The translations under genes and the position numbers were made by a program. A stretch of 64,000 bases of DNA. Source: a virus. Shown here one piece after another: positions 8,120 through 17,406 of the stretch (within the stretch, counting starts at the first letter, position 1; the number at the start of each line of letters is the position of its first letter). The notes under the pieces are model-generated. The model made no database searches. It was not told the DNA's origin and saw nothing but the letters and a program-made list of their open reading frames with translations. Location of the stretch: IMG/VR virus record IMGVR_UViG_3300030118_003002, positions 1 through 64,000 of that record; one strand, written 5' to 3'.

Positions 8120-11059
8120 ATGCCTAAATCCGGCCTTCTATTTGAGAAGAAGGGTAACGCTTCTAATCAAATACTTCAATTGTTTGAAAGAGTTAGGGTT
8201 GCCTATCTTTCTGCAAGAACCGACCCGAAAGAGTATGGTTCAAAATGGAGAAGTGCTATTGAATACATCAAAGAAGAATATGATGATTCGGGGAAGTTTG
8301 GAGAAGAATTGAAACGCTACATTGATGATAAGGATTTGAATAATGAAGATGCTTCCGATGTAACTACTACTATTGCTGAAAAGATATACGAAGCAGTAAA
8401 AAAACTTCGATATGCTTCTGATGAAGTTTCTGACCCTTTTGCTAAACACTTCAAAGATAATGTTCTTGAAGCGTTATTAGAATCACCGGAAACAATGGTT
8501 AAATTCTTGCATTATGCTATGAGAAATGACAATAAAGCACTTAATCCATCCATTTACAGCGTTAAAGACATGAAACCTGACACCATTACGGATGGTCTTA
8601 TGGGACTTGACCTAGAAGTGGATGATATTCCCCTCTATATTATTGAGCATTATGGGGATGGAAAAGACTCAAAGAAGGTGGAAAAGAAAGTTAAGTCTGC
8701 TATGGCTATGTTAGAACTATTATTCTTTTCTAAACACAATGAAGAAGATTGGGAAGAGTTAGAAGATATTGACATGGAAACTGATACACCTAAAAAAATG
8801 ATTGAAAAATCAGAAACAGAAAAGGGTAAGACAGATTTCATTACTCCTAACAAACCTATGTATAGAATATTTGACATTGAAGACATGGAAGAGTTAAAAG
8901 GATTTAGCGGTGAATATATTGTTCAAGAAAAATATGACGGTATGAGAATACAGGTTCATAAAATAGACAACAAGATTAAAGTTTATTCCTATAATGAAAA
9001 AGATATTACTGATAAATGTAAAGAAATTGTTGAAGAAATGAAGAAGAAACACTTTGGGGATTGTATTCTAGATGGTGAATTAATATTATTTGATGGAAAG
9101 GATGCACTACATAGAGCAGACACTATTGCTCATGTGTTTAAGGGTAAATATCCCGATGCTAAACTAAAAGCACATATGTTCGACATTATGCGACACAATG
9201 ATAAAAATATTGCAGATGAACCTTTGAGTGATAGATTGAACACAATGTTCAATAATTATTCTGTTCATTCGAGTGAATATCTAAACTTCCCTTCTAAGAA
9301 AGATACTCGATTAGCGGATTCGATTAAAGAAGTTGAACAGTATTCAAAAGAAATAATGGATATGCCTACTGCCGAAGGTGTAGTCATTAAAGATTCAACT
9401 TCCACATATTACATAGGGACTAAGAAAAATCCTAAATGGATTAAATGGAAGAAATTTGTTGATTTAGATTTAATTGTATTAGATAAAAAGAAAACTAAAT
9501 CTAAACTTTATTCATATACATTAGGGGCTGGACCGGCTGATGAAGGACAAGAAATTAATGGTCTTAAATATATGAATGTAGGAAAAGCATTGAATACTAA
9601 AATATCTGTTGATATTGGAGATATTGTTCGTGTAAAAGTTGATGAGGTAAAAAAGAAAGGAGATGCTTATTCGATTTATTCTGCTAAAGTAATAGAAGTT
9701 CCGGAAGTGGAATATCCTGATAAATTGGTCACACTTGAGTTGTTATCTAAAGATACAAAGAAATCTTTGAATTACGATGTAAAAGCATTAGAAAAGGGAG
9801 TAAGTGTTACTGATTATATTCACGGTGAAACTAATGTTATTATTAAAGGTGACATGGATGGGTTTACTATTTACGGGTTTGATGAAAGTAACTTAATGTC
9901 TAAAAATGCTTTAGCGAATTTAGATGAATGGAAAAGTCAAGCAGAAGCGATAATGAAAACAAAACAGTCTAGATTAACTGTTGCGGCTTTTCAACATCTA
10001 AAAGAAAGAGGTGCAAAAACCCCTAAAGAGTTACATGATTTCTTAGTTAAAAATCATTCTAAAATATATGAAGATATTTTAGAAAGTAAAATGAATAGAC
10101 TTTCTAATTGGATGGATGAAAGAGATGGTATTTCTTTTGATAAGAAAGAAAAGAAATTAATTGCAGACCCCGATAAGATTATGCAAGATGAAGAAGAAAT
10201 TAAAAAATCCTTTTTACTCAAAAATCAAAGACTTCTCCAAGAAGCAAAAGAATTAGAAGAAGAAGTTACTATTAGTGCTGATGCTGATATGGAAGGAGAC
10301 TGTTGTTCTAAACTTAAATCAGACTATTTATCTATACTTAAAGAAAGTTTAGATACATTAGTAAAAGAGTATGGTGGTTATAAAAAATATGTTAAAGCAC
10401 GAAGCAATCCTTCAAACACATATGATTATGCCCCGACATTAGAAGAAGAACATGAAGAAATGGAAACAACTGTTTTAGACTTGTCTTGTGAAGAATTAGT
10501 CAAGGAATTGACTGAATTCTTTGAAGAAGAAGGCTATGAAGACATAGGACAACTTCTCGATGAATATAAAAATTGTCAGTTCGGAGAAGGATTCTCAGAT
10601 AAATATGCTATGTTAAAAGCATATAAGACTCCAAAAAAACTTCAAGAGGGTAATTTCAAATTATATCTAAGGGATGATGAAAACTTAAACTTAGTAATTA
10701 AGTTAGAAGATGAAACACTTAATTGGTTAATAGACTTAGAAAAAGACGATGATATATTCAGATTGTTTGGAAAGGCGAATAAATACCCTGCCCAAATAGC
10801 AACTAACATTTCCAAGAAGAAAATTATAGATTCTGGAGAAATAGGACTCGGTGTTCAGAAAGAAGGCTATCACGAATATTTCTTGAGAGGTAATAAGTTT
10901 GAAACTAAACTGCACTTTAGAGTAATAGAAGTGGATGGAAAGGAAATGTGGTTGGCTTGGACAGGGTATAAACAGAAGCCAGCAGATAAAGACACTGATG
11001 CTGGATTATGGAATATTTACGAAGATAAGTATAAAAAATTGCCACTTCCACCTAAATGA
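8120..11059 (+). CDS. lig: multidomain ATP-dependent DNA ligase in the head module
   Basis: Motif I QEKYDGMR, III ILDGEL, IIIa MFDIM, IV EGVVIK, V WIKWK, OB domain; extra N- and C-terminal domains. Confidence 0.9.
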   Translation: MPKSGLLFEKKGNASNQILQLFERVRVAYLSARTDPKEYGSKWRSAIEYIKEEYDDSGKFGEELKRYIDDKDLNNEDASDVTTTIAEKIYEAVKKLRYASDEVSDPFAKHFKDNVLEALLESPETMVKFLHYAMRNDNKALNPSIYSVKDMKPDTITDGLMGLDLEVDDIPLYIIEHYGDGKDSKKVEKKVKSAMAMLELLFFSKHNEEDWEELEDIDMETDTPKKMIEKSETEKGKTDFITPNKPMYRIFDIEDMEELKGFSGEYIVQEKYDGMRIQVHKIDNKIKVYSYNEKDITDKCKEIVEEMKKKHFGDCILDGELILFDGKDALHRADTIAHVFKGKYPDAKLKAHMFDIMRHNDKNIADEPLSDRLNTMFNNYSVHSSEYLNFPSKKDTRLADSIKEVEQYSKEIMDMPTAEGVVIKDSTSTYYIGTKKNPKWIKWKKFVDLDLIVLDKKKTKSKLYSYTLGAGPADEGQEINGLKYMNVGKALNTKISVDIGDIVRVKVDEVKKKGDAYSIYSAKVIEVPEVEYPDKLVTLELLSKDTKKSLNYDVKALEKGVSVTDYIHGETNVIIKGDMDGFTIYGFDESNLMSKNALANLDEWKSQAEAIMKTKQSRLTVAAFQHLKERGAKTPKELHDFLVKNHSKIYEDILESKMNRLSNWMDERDGISFDKKEKKLIADPDKIMQDEEEIKKSFLLKNQRLLQEAKELEEEVTISADADMEGDCCSKLKSDYLSILKESLDTLVKEYGGYKKYVKARSNPSNTYDYAPTLEEEHEEMETTVLDLSCEELVKELTEFFEEEGYEDIGQLLDEYKNCQFGEGFSDKYAMLKAYKTPKKLQEGNFKLYLRDDENLNLVIKLEDETLNWLIDLEKDDDIFRLFGKANKYPAQIATNISKKKIIDSGEIGLGVQKEGYHEYFLRGNKFETKLHFRVIEVDGKEMWLAWTGYKQKPADKDTDAGLWNIYEDKYKKLPLPPK

Positions 11060-11079
11060 ACCGTGTCTTTAATATAGTG
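11059..11079 (+). promoter_or_regulatory. putative archaeal-type late promoter (AACCG-N4-TTTAATA)
   Basis: TATA-like box about 30 nt upstream of protease start in a rare intergenic gap; same layout at 14706. Confidence 0.5.
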
Positions 11080-11105
11080 AAAGAAATTACAAGGGGTTGA
11101 AGAAC

Positions 11106-12344
11106 ATGAGCATTAGTGTCATGGCAACAAGGAATGATGATTTCAGAATTCTAAAAAGCGATGATTTAATGATTGGAGGATATGCAAGTATTGAAATCGT
11201 GGATAAACAAAACGATTTAATTACATTAAATGCATTAAAAACCGCAGTTACAAAATTCATGGAAGATAAAAAATTCAGAAATGTAATGACAAATCATTCA
11301 AATGTTCAAGTTGGAGAAGTTGTGGACTCTTATAGAGATAAAACCGGAAAACTATGGAAATCGGAAGTTGATGATGTAGGATTCTTTGTAGTAATTAAAT
11401 TAAGAGATGACATAGAAAAAGCCAAAGAGGTTGGGAGAGGTATTCGCAAAGGCACATTAAGGTCTTTTAGCATAGGTGGACAGGCATTACAAAAAGTAAA
11501 GAAAAGCCACGGTGAATTAGGGGAGTATAACGAGATAAGCAAATTAGAACTCCATGAAGTAACAATATGTGAAAAAGGCATTAATCCCGAAGCGAAGTTT
11601 GATATTCTGAAACAAGATATTGGAGATGAAAAAATGAGTGATAAACTAGAAAAAGCACTAAATGAATTAGATACTCTTCTAAAAGAAGTTGAGAGTCTAA
11701 AGGGAGATGATGAGGAGTCTATGGATTCCAATTCTGAAATGATGGAAGAAAATGCTGAATACATGGAAATGGCTGATGATGGCGATATGGAGAGAGGCGA
11801 TTACATGAAAGGCGATGATGAAGATGATGAGAAAGAAGGAACACACCCTTCTTACAAGGATGATGCAGAAAAAGCATACCTAAGAACACTTGATGGAGCA
11901 GGTAATCAAATTGGTGAACCAGCAGATAGAATCGTCATTAACAACGGAAAGCCAACTGCTTCCGATATGCCGGTTGTAAAAGCATTTGAAAACAATGAAT
12001 TTGATACACTAAACCTATCAAATGCAAACATTGAGAAGGCTTACGAAGCATTCCGTCAAGAAAAACTTGAGGAACTAGCATACGATAACCTTCGCAAGTC
12101 TTTTGAAACTCGCTTTAGCAGTGAAGTTTCAAACCGTGAGAACATTCTCGCAAAGTCACAATATGACGCACAGGCTGAAATTGCTTCCATTAAAGAAGAA
12201 TTTAGCGAACTAAGAAAGTCTCTTACTGCTGAAAAGGAAACTATCCTAAAAGCACAAGAAGAGTCAGTAATTAAAATGCCATCAATTGATGATATTGCAT
12301 CAATGGAATGGAGCGATATTCACAAAATGGTGAACAATATTTGA
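11106..12344 (+). CDS. HK97-type prohead protease fused to C-terminal scaffold
   Basis: IGGYAS..IVDKQND, H in MTNHSN, RSFSIGG, LHEVTIC..GINPEA; acidic coiled-coil tail; directly upstream of MCP. Confidence 0.9.
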   Translation: MSISVMATRNDDFRILKSDDLMIGGYASIEIVDKQNDLITLNALKTAVTKFMEDKKFRNVMTNHSNVQVGEVVDSYRDKTGKLWKSEVDDVGFFVVIKLRDDIEKAKEVGRGIRKGTLRSFSIGGQALQKVKKSHGELGEYNEISKLELHEVTICEKGINPEAKFDILKQDIGDEKMSDKLEKALNELDTLLKEVESLKGDDEESMDSNSEMMEENAEYMEMADDGDMERGDYMKGDDEDDEKEGTHPSYKDDAEKAYLRTLDGAGNQIGEPADRIVINNGKPTASDMPVVKAFENNEFDTLNLSNANIEKAYEAFRQEKLEELAYDNLRKSFETRFSSEVSNRENILAKSQYDAQAEIASIKEEFSELRKSLTAEKETILKAQEESVIKMPSIDDIASMEWSDIHKMVNNI

Positions 12345-12354
12345 GGTGATTAAG

Positions 12355-13689
12355 ATGACAGGATATATTAACACAATAGCAGATTTAGAAGCACAAACAT
12401 ACGGAATGAATCTTCCAGCCGGAAATGCCTTGCTAAAGCAAGCAGGTATGGTTGGTGGAATACACACAGGACATGACGGTTCTCCGTCATTTAGCGGTTC
12501 AGCCGTTTCTGATGTGTCAGCACTATACAATGTCGTTTATGGACAAAAAGTTTGGTCTATGCTAAACCGTGAAGTAAACGCACTTTCAATGATTTCAAAG
12601 AGACCATACACTTCAAGCGGTTGGAGAGTATTAAAGAGCAGACCTGCTGGTGGTAGCGGTAATCTATTTACTGTTGATAAAGCAAATGTTTCCCTAACAT
12701 TGGGAGAATTGGGTTCAGACACACCAAGAGCAGATTCTATTGGTGGTGTTCCAGAAAATGCTGGACTTTCAACTGCACAAGATGGATTAGGGCCAATTGC
12801 GCCAACATACGCTCAATTGAACATGAGTCCTAAAGTCGTTGCACATCAATTTGATTTCAGCGAATTGGCTATGGAAATGGCACAGATTGATGATGGAATT
12901 GGCGATATTAGAGCGCAAATGCGTGAAGATATGGGTAAGCACCATGCTGAAGTGCAGAACAAAATGCTTGTAATGCCACTAGAGTTTTATGGTGAATCAG
13001 CACTATTGCCAAATATTGCTAACAATTACACTTCGCTATTGAAGGTTATTACTTCAAAGGCTGAATTAGACCTATTGGATGCACAATCTTCTCTAATGAC
13101 AGATGGTGCTACTGCAACAAATGTAAGCCACATTTACGGAACTAACCGTGATAGTGCTTCTTTCCTTGATGCAGAAGTGGATGCAGGTTCAACTTATGCG
13201 GCAACAGGAGTTAGAGCATTAACTCTAACTTTGCTAAATAACATGGTTCGAAATCTAAGACTTGCTGGTGGTTCACCAAAGGTTATTCTAACCGGATATG
13301 ATACCATTCAAGCACTTGCAGACCTATTGCAGAGTCAAGAAAGATTTATGGATAGAAAGGAAATTGTTCCAACAGTGAACGGTGTTCGTGGAACAAAGGG
13401 TCAAGAAGTAGGATTTAGAGTAGCAACATACTACGATATTCCGCTAATTCCTGTAAAGGACATGACAACTACCGGACTAGCATCATCTAAACTATCAGAC
13501 CTACTATTCCTTGATACAGACCATCTATGGCTATCAGTTATGAAGCCAACTCAATACTTTGAAGATGGTATCGCTAATGGAAACCCATTCGGTGTAGGAA
13601 CATTAGGTAACAGGGCTTTGTATAGAACAATCGGTGAAGTCGGTTGTTCTTTCTTCAAGGGTCAAGGAAAAATTACTAACATACAGTGA
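12355..13689 (+). CDS. major capsid protein (HK97 fold)
   Basis: Position after protease; about 445 aa; YGQKVWSMLN, GGSPKVILTG, YYDIPLIP, QGKITNI features typical of archaeal caudoviral MCPs. Confidence 0.9.
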   Translation: MTGYINTIADLEAQTYGMNLPAGNALLKQAGMVGGIHTGHDGSPSFSGSAVSDVSALYNVVYGQKVWSMLNREVNALSMISKRPYTSSGWRVLKSRPAGGSGNLFTVDKANVSLTLGELGSDTPRADSIGGVPENAGLSTAQDGLGPIAPTYAQLNMSPKVVAHQFDFSELAMEMAQIDDGIGDIRAQMREDMGKHHAEVQNKMLVMPLEFYGESALLPNIANNYTSLLKVITSKAELDLLDAQSSLMTDGATATNVSHIYGTNRDSASFLDAEVDAGSTYAATGVRALTLTLLNNMVRNLRLAGGSPKVILTGYDTIQALADLLQSQERFMDRKEIVPTVNGVRGTKGQEVGFRVATYYDIPLIPVKDMTTTGLASSKLSDLLFLDTDHLWLSVMKPTQYFEDGIANGNPFGVGTLGNRALYRTIGEVGCSFFKGQGKITNIQ

Positions 13690-13709
13690 GGAAATAAGGA
13701 GAGGATAAT

Positions 13710-13973
13710 ATGGCATTTGCAACAGAAATACATTTAGAAATGAATTTAGAAGGAAACAGGAGAATTGTTTGTGGTCAAACCACTAGCGATTCAACAGACG
13801 GAAATATCGAAACAGGGCTTTCAAGCGTTGATTCTCTAGTATTCACCCATAAGGGTTCTGCTGAAGAAGCAGCCGCAGCAGTAATTAACGCTGATTTGCC
13901 ACTTGCAAGCGGTGATGTAGCAATACATTGTGTTAGCGGTGATGTAGTATATTTCATGGCTATTGGTCAGTGA
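13710..13973 (+). CDS. putative capsid decoration/minor virion protein
   Basis: Small acidic beta-rich protein directly after MCP. Confidence 0.55.
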   Translation: MAFATEIHLEMNLEGNRRIVCGQTTSDSTDGNIETGLSSVDSLVFTHKGSAEEAAAAVINADLPLASGDVAIHCVSGDVVYFMAIGQ

Positions 13974-13983
13974 GGTGTTTTAA

Positions 13984-14343
13984 TTGGCACTAGAATATAC
14001 AGTAACTCTTTTGGGCGACCATAAAGGTATTACTCGCCCTAAAGTTAGTGGTGATGAATATGTGGTTGACGCACTATTAGATGTGACTTCTCATGTGCAG
14101 GCAGGGGCAGAAATCCCTGCTTCTGCATTTGGTCTATCAACAATACATTGTGTATCAATTACCGGACATGAGGGTGCTAACGATGTTTACCCACAGATTC
14201 TAACTTCAACAGGCGGTCTTTATGAATCAGACAGTTCTTTCTTGATTATATTTACTAATCTAGACGGAACAAACGCTACTGCGGCTTCTGATGATGGCGA
14301 CCCAACTTGTGCAACAAGACTTAGAATTTGGGGCAATCTTTGA
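13984..14343 (+). CDS. putative capsid decoration/minor virion protein
   Basis: GAGGTG SD + TTG start; beta-rich. Confidence 0.55.
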   Translation: MALEYTVTLLGDHKGITRPKVSGDEYVVDALLDVTSHVQAGAEIPASAFGLSTIHCVSITGHEGANDVYPQILTSTGGLYESDSSFLIIFTNLDGTNATAASDDGDPTCATRLRIWGNL

Positions 14344-14353
14344 GGTGAATTAA

Positions 14354-14701
14354 TTGGTTAAACTTAAATTAACCCCTAATTCAACAATAGGATTACTACA
14401 AGTTACACCAAACGATACTATCACAAGAGAAAAAGAAATAGAAGTTAGCGTTGCCTTTGCGATTAATCGCATTGGCGACCCTAACTATCTATTCACTTTT
14501 GAAGAATGTGACCGTTTGGATTTAGAAAAAGCCGATGAAAAATTATTGGCTAGTGCTTGTTCGGGATTAGGTAAAGACGAATTAACGGCAGAAATGCTGG
14601 TAAAAACTCTATTACCGCCTAAAGTAGTCCCTAAGAAAAAGACTACTACCAAAAAGACTACTGCTAGTAAATCTTCTAGCAAATCAAGTCTTACGGAATA
14701 A
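14354..14701 (+). CDS. hypothetical protein with Lys/Thr/Ser-rich tail
   Basis: GAGGTGA SD + TTG start. Confidence 0.65.
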   Translation: MVKLKLTPNSTIGLLQVTPNDTITREKEIEVSVAFAINRIGDPNYLFTFEECDRLDLEKADEKLLASACSGLGKDELTAEMLVKTLLPPKVVPKKKTTTKKTTASKSSSKSSLTE

Positions 14702-14705
14702 TAAC

Positions 14706-14724
14706 AACCGGCATATTAAATAGT
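14706..14724 (+). promoter_or_regulatory. putative promoter (AACCG-N4-ATTAAATA)
   Basis: Intergenic; same spacing as the 11059 element. Confidence 0.45.
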
Positions 14725-14753
14725 CAGCGTTAGCCTCGCTGTATTTAGAAGGG

Positions 14754-15062
14754 GTGATGAACATGGGTTATTCATGCAGGTCAAGCGGTGTTTTAGGTGC
14801 TAGCAAATTAATTGTTACAGGAAGAACAAAACTAGTTAGCGTTCACGCTGCTCTTTTTGTTACGGGCGGAGACGCAGTAACCATTAATGTATTCGATGGA
14901 ACTGATAATACAGGAACTAAAATAGCCATGATTTCAAGTGCAACCAACGGTTATCATAATTTAGAATATGATATGCATGGTGTTCTGTGCAATACAGGAT
15001 TATTCCTAGAAGTAGCAGAAGCCGGTTCATCCACCGTTAATGTTTCTATTGAATTTAACTGA
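14754..15062 (+). CDS. small beta-sandwich virion protein (putative)
   Basis: Alternating hydrophobic beta pattern; start could be 14757 or 14763. Confidence 0.6.
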   Translation: MMNMGYSCRSSGVLGASKLIVTGRTKLVSVHAALFVTGGDAVTINVFDGTDNTGTKIAMISSATNGYHNLEYDMHGVLCNTGLFLEVAEAGSSTVNVSIEFN

Positions 15063-15071
15063 GGTGGTCGG

Positions 15072-15461
15072 ATGGCGGCACTAAATCAAGATACTAGACT
15101 AATTATGACTATACTATTCGTTGGCACTGTTAGCGGTGCTAATGTATATTTTTATGCTAACTACGGAGTCAATTTCCCATACACTACATTAGCCCATGCG
15201 ACACTGTTTGGTCTAATTACTGTTGGTGGAATTATGTGCCTAAAGGCTATCTTTGATTTATCACTTAATGATAAGATAGAATTGAGATTGTTAGATAGAA
15301 GAATTAATGCTTATTGGGAGCGCAGGGCGAGAGATGAGCAACAAAGACAAAAACTTACAGAAACTATGAAGCAATACAATACTACTGTTATTGCACCAAG
15401 CACCACAATGTATGAAACCGAAAACACAATTTCAAATGACTTTTTGGCTAAACTACAATGA
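15072..15461 (+). CDS. membrane protein, 2 TM helices plus cytoplasmic coiled coil
   Basis: LIMTILFVGTVSGANVYFY and ATLFGLITVGGIMCL segments. Confidence 0.75.
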   Translation: MAALNQDTRLIMTILFVGTVSGANVYFYANYGVNFPYTTLAHATLFGLITVGGIMCLKAIFDLSLNDKIELRLLDRRINAYWERRARDEQQRQKLTETMKQYNTTVIAPSTTMYETENTISNDFLAKLQ

Positions 15462-15470
15462 GGTGGTTGA

Positions 15471-15686
15471 ATGTTTAATGACATAATGGGTTTTACAGAA
15501 ACCGACTATGTTTATAATCAAAGCAGAGCGCATTCTGCTGATATGTTTTTTATGAAGATGAGAATGTGGTTTTGGGTCACTTGCGCCTCTTTGTCATTTT
15601 TCTTCTTAGGAAACATAATGGGAGTTTTTGACATAAATGTTGTTGGTTGGCTATTAGACAACCTTTGGCATTCTTGGGAGGTTTAA
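15471..15686 (+). CDS. small membrane protein
   Basis: MWFWVTCASLSFFFLGNIMGVF hydrophobic segment; GAGGTGG SD. Confidence 0.7.
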   Translation: MFNDIMGFTETDYVYNQSRAHSADMFFMKMRMWFWVTCASLSFFFLGNIMGVFDINVVGWLLDNLWHSWEV

Positions 15687-15688
15687 TC

Positions 15689-16351
15689 TTGTCAGTGATG
15701 ACAGGTTTCGCTATTCTTGTTGGAGAAGCGATGATAGGTTTTTGGAAAAAAATACATGCAATTAATTTTGGAGTTTATGGCGCAACAATGGTAGGTAAAA
15801 CAACATTAAGCCATCAATTGAGAACAAGAGGAGAAGTGCAGCAAATTAATGAAAGGACTGTTGGATTACATAGACCAACAAGAAAAACAATTAAGATAGA
15901 TGGAGATATGCACACAATAAGAAGTTCTGATATAGGAGGAGAAGCGATATATTGGAAAGAATGGGCTAAAGACATGAGAATGAGAAAACCCAAATACATT
16001 ATTTTTATGATAGACCATAGACATTTAGATAGCGGAGTTAATTTAGACCATCAAGTAGCGTGGAAGTTTTTGGTTGATGTTATTATTAATCATAGATGGC
16101 CGAATGGTAAAAAGAAAAAAGAAAAGGACTATCCTTTAGCAGTAGGAATATGGGCTAATAAATATGATATATGGGGAGAAAAACATAAATCAGAAAAGTC
16201 TATTGAAAAACATGAAATTTTTGAACCTTTCAAATACGGAATGAGGCAACTAAATGATAAAGGAATACCGACATTCAAATACATAGTATCAGCAAAATCA
16301 GACCCCGAAATGGTGTATAAAGGAATCACTACAATGATAAAGGACTATTGA
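15689..16351 (+). CDS. Ras-superfamily (Arf/Sar-like) small GTPase
   Basis: G1 GATMVGKTT, G2 RTVG, G3 DIGGE, G4 NKYD, G5 SAK; hydrophobic N-terminal helix; GGAGGT SD before TTG 15689. Confidence 0.85.
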   Translation: MSVMTGFAILVGEAMIGFWKKIHAINFGVYGATMVGKTTLSHQLRTRGEVQQINERTVGLHRPTRKTIKIDGDMHTIRSSDIGGEAIYWKEWAKDMRMRKPKYIIFMIDHRHLDSGVNLDHQVAWKFLVDVIINHRWPNGKKKKEKDYPLAVGIWANKYDIWGEKHKSEKSIEKHEIFEPFKYGMRQLNDKGIPTFKYIVSAKSDPEMVYKGITTMIKDY

Positions 16352-16356
16352 TGATT

Positions 16357-16716
16357 ATGTGGAAGATGATTCTAAAAACAAACCATCTAGATAGTATTAA
16401 GGAAACTGCCGAACAATATTTTTTGAAGTTAAATAGTGGGGAGAAAGTAAAGATTTTTTTGACCAAACATTTTAGTGACAATTTACAATCAAGATTCCCC
16501 GATATTAAAATAAAAAGAATCAAAAACGCTATCGAAAGAAAACTTAATCGAGGACAACTACCGGAAAAAACTACAATCATTGTAAAATTAGTTAGGCAGA
16601 AAAAGAAAGACGCATATTTAGTAATTAAAAGATATAGCAGAAATATTCATGTAAAGACAATTAGACATATGCGAGAAGACCAAAAGAAACGATTTTCAAT
16701 AATAGAAGAAAACTGA
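16357..16716 (+). CDS. basic hypothetical protein with WxxILK tag
   Basis: MWKMILKT; C-terminal VKT motif. Confidence 0.65.
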   Translation: MWKMILKTNHLDSIKETAEQYFLKLNSGEKVKIFLTKHFSDNLQSRFPDIKIKRIKNAIERKLNRGQLPEKTTIIVKLVRQKKKDAYLVIKRYSRNIHVKTIRHMREDQKKRFSIIEEN

Positions 16717-16725
16717 GGAATAAAT

Positions 16726-17406
16726 ATGGCATATCAACAACCGAACCTAATAGGAACTAATGTTTCAATAACTCCTAATTCAAGCAACCCAAGTCAATTA
16801 AATTCATTTTCTATGAATAAGTTTTTACCTAAACTGCAACAATTTAGAGCAGGTGGAAACATAACAGAATACAAATATGATGCTATTAAACCTAAAAAGC
16901 AACTAAAAGAAATAAAAAAGATTCTATTACCGGAAAAGAAAAGTTTTCTCAAAATAAAATACGGTTATAAATTTAATTTCAAAGATGTATGTATTGTTTG
17001 TGGAACACATCATGTTTGGGAAGCCGGAGATTTTCTAAGACCGCCTATTCCTTTAGATAAAGTTACCAAAGGAAGGCCGATGAGAGGCACTTATTGTCCT
17101 AAACATGCAGCAATACACAAGCAGATGGAAATGCTGCAACAACAAATACTTGCTGATGAACATGGTTTAGACTTCAAGGCGTTTATTCCTAAATTAAAAA
17201 CTCCTCAACTTATGAAGAAAACTCCTCTTGTAACCCTAAGTAAAGAAGATGTTGCTAGTCTCACTTCAACCGGATGGCTTATTAAACCACCCACCTTAGC
17301 GGATAGTGAAACGACTATGGCAGAAATTGTCCGTTTGGTTGTTGAAATAGGATTATCAACGGAAAGATTAAATTATCTTTTAAGTAGCAACAATAAGGAG
17401 GAATGA
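16726..17406 (+). CDS. hypothetical protein with Zn-binding motif
   Basis: CIVC...CPKH. Confidence 0.7.
   Translation: MAYQQPNLIGTNVSITPNSSNPSQLNSFSMNKFLPKLQQFRAGGNITEYKYDAIKPKKQLKEIKKILLPEKKSFLKIKYGYKFNFKDVCIVCGTHHVWEAGDFLRPPIPLDKVTKGRPMRGTYCPKHAAIHKQMEMLQQQILADEHGLDFKAFIPKLKTPQLMKKTPLVTLSKEDVASLTSTGWLIKPPTLADSETTMAEIVRLVVEIGLSTERLNYLLSSNNKEE

Noticed and set aside
16357-16716. RelE/Barnase-like toxin call
   Set aside because: Basic alpha/beta pattern with a terminal VKT is suggestive but too weak to call without a profile search
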